A stretch of DNA of 64,000 nt from Klebsiella pneumoniae. GTDB taxonomy: Bacteria > Myxococcota_A > UBA9042. Location of the stretch: positions 27,702-91,701 of the forward strand of contig CAMDBH010000003.1 in the NCBI GenBank assembly GCA_945889325.1. The letters are read 5' to 3'. Below are positions 63,319 to 64,000 of the stretch, piece by piece. Below the pieces are notes generated by a model. It had not been told where the DNA came from, made no database searches, and saw nothing but the letters and a program-made list of their open reading frames with translations. A program made the translations under genes and the position numbers. Position 1 is the first letter of the stretch, and every line of letters begins with the position of its first letter.

Positions 63319-64000
63319 GTGGCAGGCAACACGATCGGACAAGCGTTTGCGGTGACGACTTTTGGCGAAAGCCATGGCCCAGCCGTCGGTTGTGTCGTCG
63401 ATGGCTGTCCGGCCGGCGTGCCGCTGAGCGCTGCGCAGATCGGCGTTTGGCTGCAGCGCCGCCGTCCGGGGCAAAGCGCCTTGACATCGGCGCGGGCTGA
63501 AAGCGACCAGCCACAAATTCTGTCCGGCGTTTTTGAAGGCCTGACCTTGGGCACGCCGATCGCCGTGCTGGTGCCGAACATCGACGCAAAAGCAAAGGAT
63601 TATGACAGTTGGCGCGGGCAATTCCGGCCGGGGCACGCTGATTTTACTTGGGCTACGCGTTATGGCCACCGCGACCACCGCGGTGGCGGGCGGGCGAGCG
63701 CGCGCGAAACGGTCGGGCGCGTCGCCGCAGGCGCGATCGCCGAAGCGCTGCTGCACGCCATGATGGACGCCAAGCAACTGCCGCGTATTGAAATTGTCGC
63801 GTGGACTCAGCAGATTGCGACGATTGTGGCGGATTCACCTGACCCCGCATTGATGTGCGAGGCCCAAGAAATAAGCGCAGCCGCGCACGCGATTGCGCCA
63901 CTGCGTCTGACGCGGGCTCAAGTCGATGCCAATGCCGTGCGCTGTCCCGATGCCGACGCAGCTGCACAAATGCTTGACGCCATTGAACAAGCGCAATTGG
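63319..64000 (+). CDS. aroC: Chorismate synthase (N-terminal about 227 aa; continues beyond the window)
   Basis: Not in the ORF track because it has no stop in the window. Hand translation from GTG 63319 gives [36 protein letters not shown]...RRRPGQS...[37 protein letters not shown]. Confidence 0.9.
   Translation, partial: MAGNTIGQAFAVTTFGESHGPAVGCVVDGCPAGVPLSAAQIGVWLQRRRPGQSALTSARAESDQPQILSGVFEGLTLGTPIAVLVPNIDAKAKDYDSWRGQFRPGHADFTWATRYGHRDHRGGGRASARETVGRVAAGAIAEALLHAMMDAKQLPRIEIVAWTQQIATIVADSPDPALMCEAQEISAAAHAIAPLRLTRAQVDANAVRCPDADAAAQMLDAIEQAQL

Noticed and set aside
1-64000. Scan for CRISPR arrays, tRNA/rRNA genes, transposases, integrases, prophage or known defence genes.
   Set aside because: Nothing recognisable was found by eye. 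A tRNAscan, Infernal or DefenseFinder run would be needed to be certain.

Overview
Visibly GC-rich bacterial chromosomal segment, read by eye on both strands. The gene content looks Myxococcota/Bradymonadia-like: Dictyostelium-type and Myxococcus-type Cys-rich repeats, MopE-like metal-binding motifs, a MYXO-CTERM-like tail, many lipoproteins, a Ser/Thr kinase, and an O-antigen-ligase+TPR protein. I support about 40 protein-coding genes. Two of them are missing from the supplied ORF track because they run off the window edges: a giant Cys-rich lipoprotein on the minus strand (1..5319) and chorismate synthase (63319..>64000). Recognisable housekeeping genes are ffh, miaE, fsa/tal-type aldolase, aroC, an S1-domain protein, an SDR and an NCS2-type permease. 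I found no rRNA, tRNA, CRISPR array, transposase, integrase, reverse transcriptase or phage gene, and no known defence system. The signals most worth follow-up are: (1) a 157-bp MITE-like or structured element with 22-bp terminal inverted repeats, present twice (4 differences) in inverted orientation, each copy immediately 3' of a gene; (2) a family of TGTGA-N10/11-TCACA palindromic hairpins and a recurring GGCTTTTGCC motif at gene 3' ends, concentrated in an unusually long (670 bp) convergent intergenic region; (3) a co-directional, partly translationally coupled cluster of DJ-1/PfpI, FAD oxidoreductase, tandem GGCT, fused 2Fe-2S/Moco hydroxylase and FAD subunit; (4) a two-gene operon encoding a 1434-aa polytopic membrane protein of unknown function plus a small GH18-motif-like protein; (5) eukaryote-like secreted adhesin/lectin architectures. 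All functional calls rest on motif recognition by eye. No database search was run.
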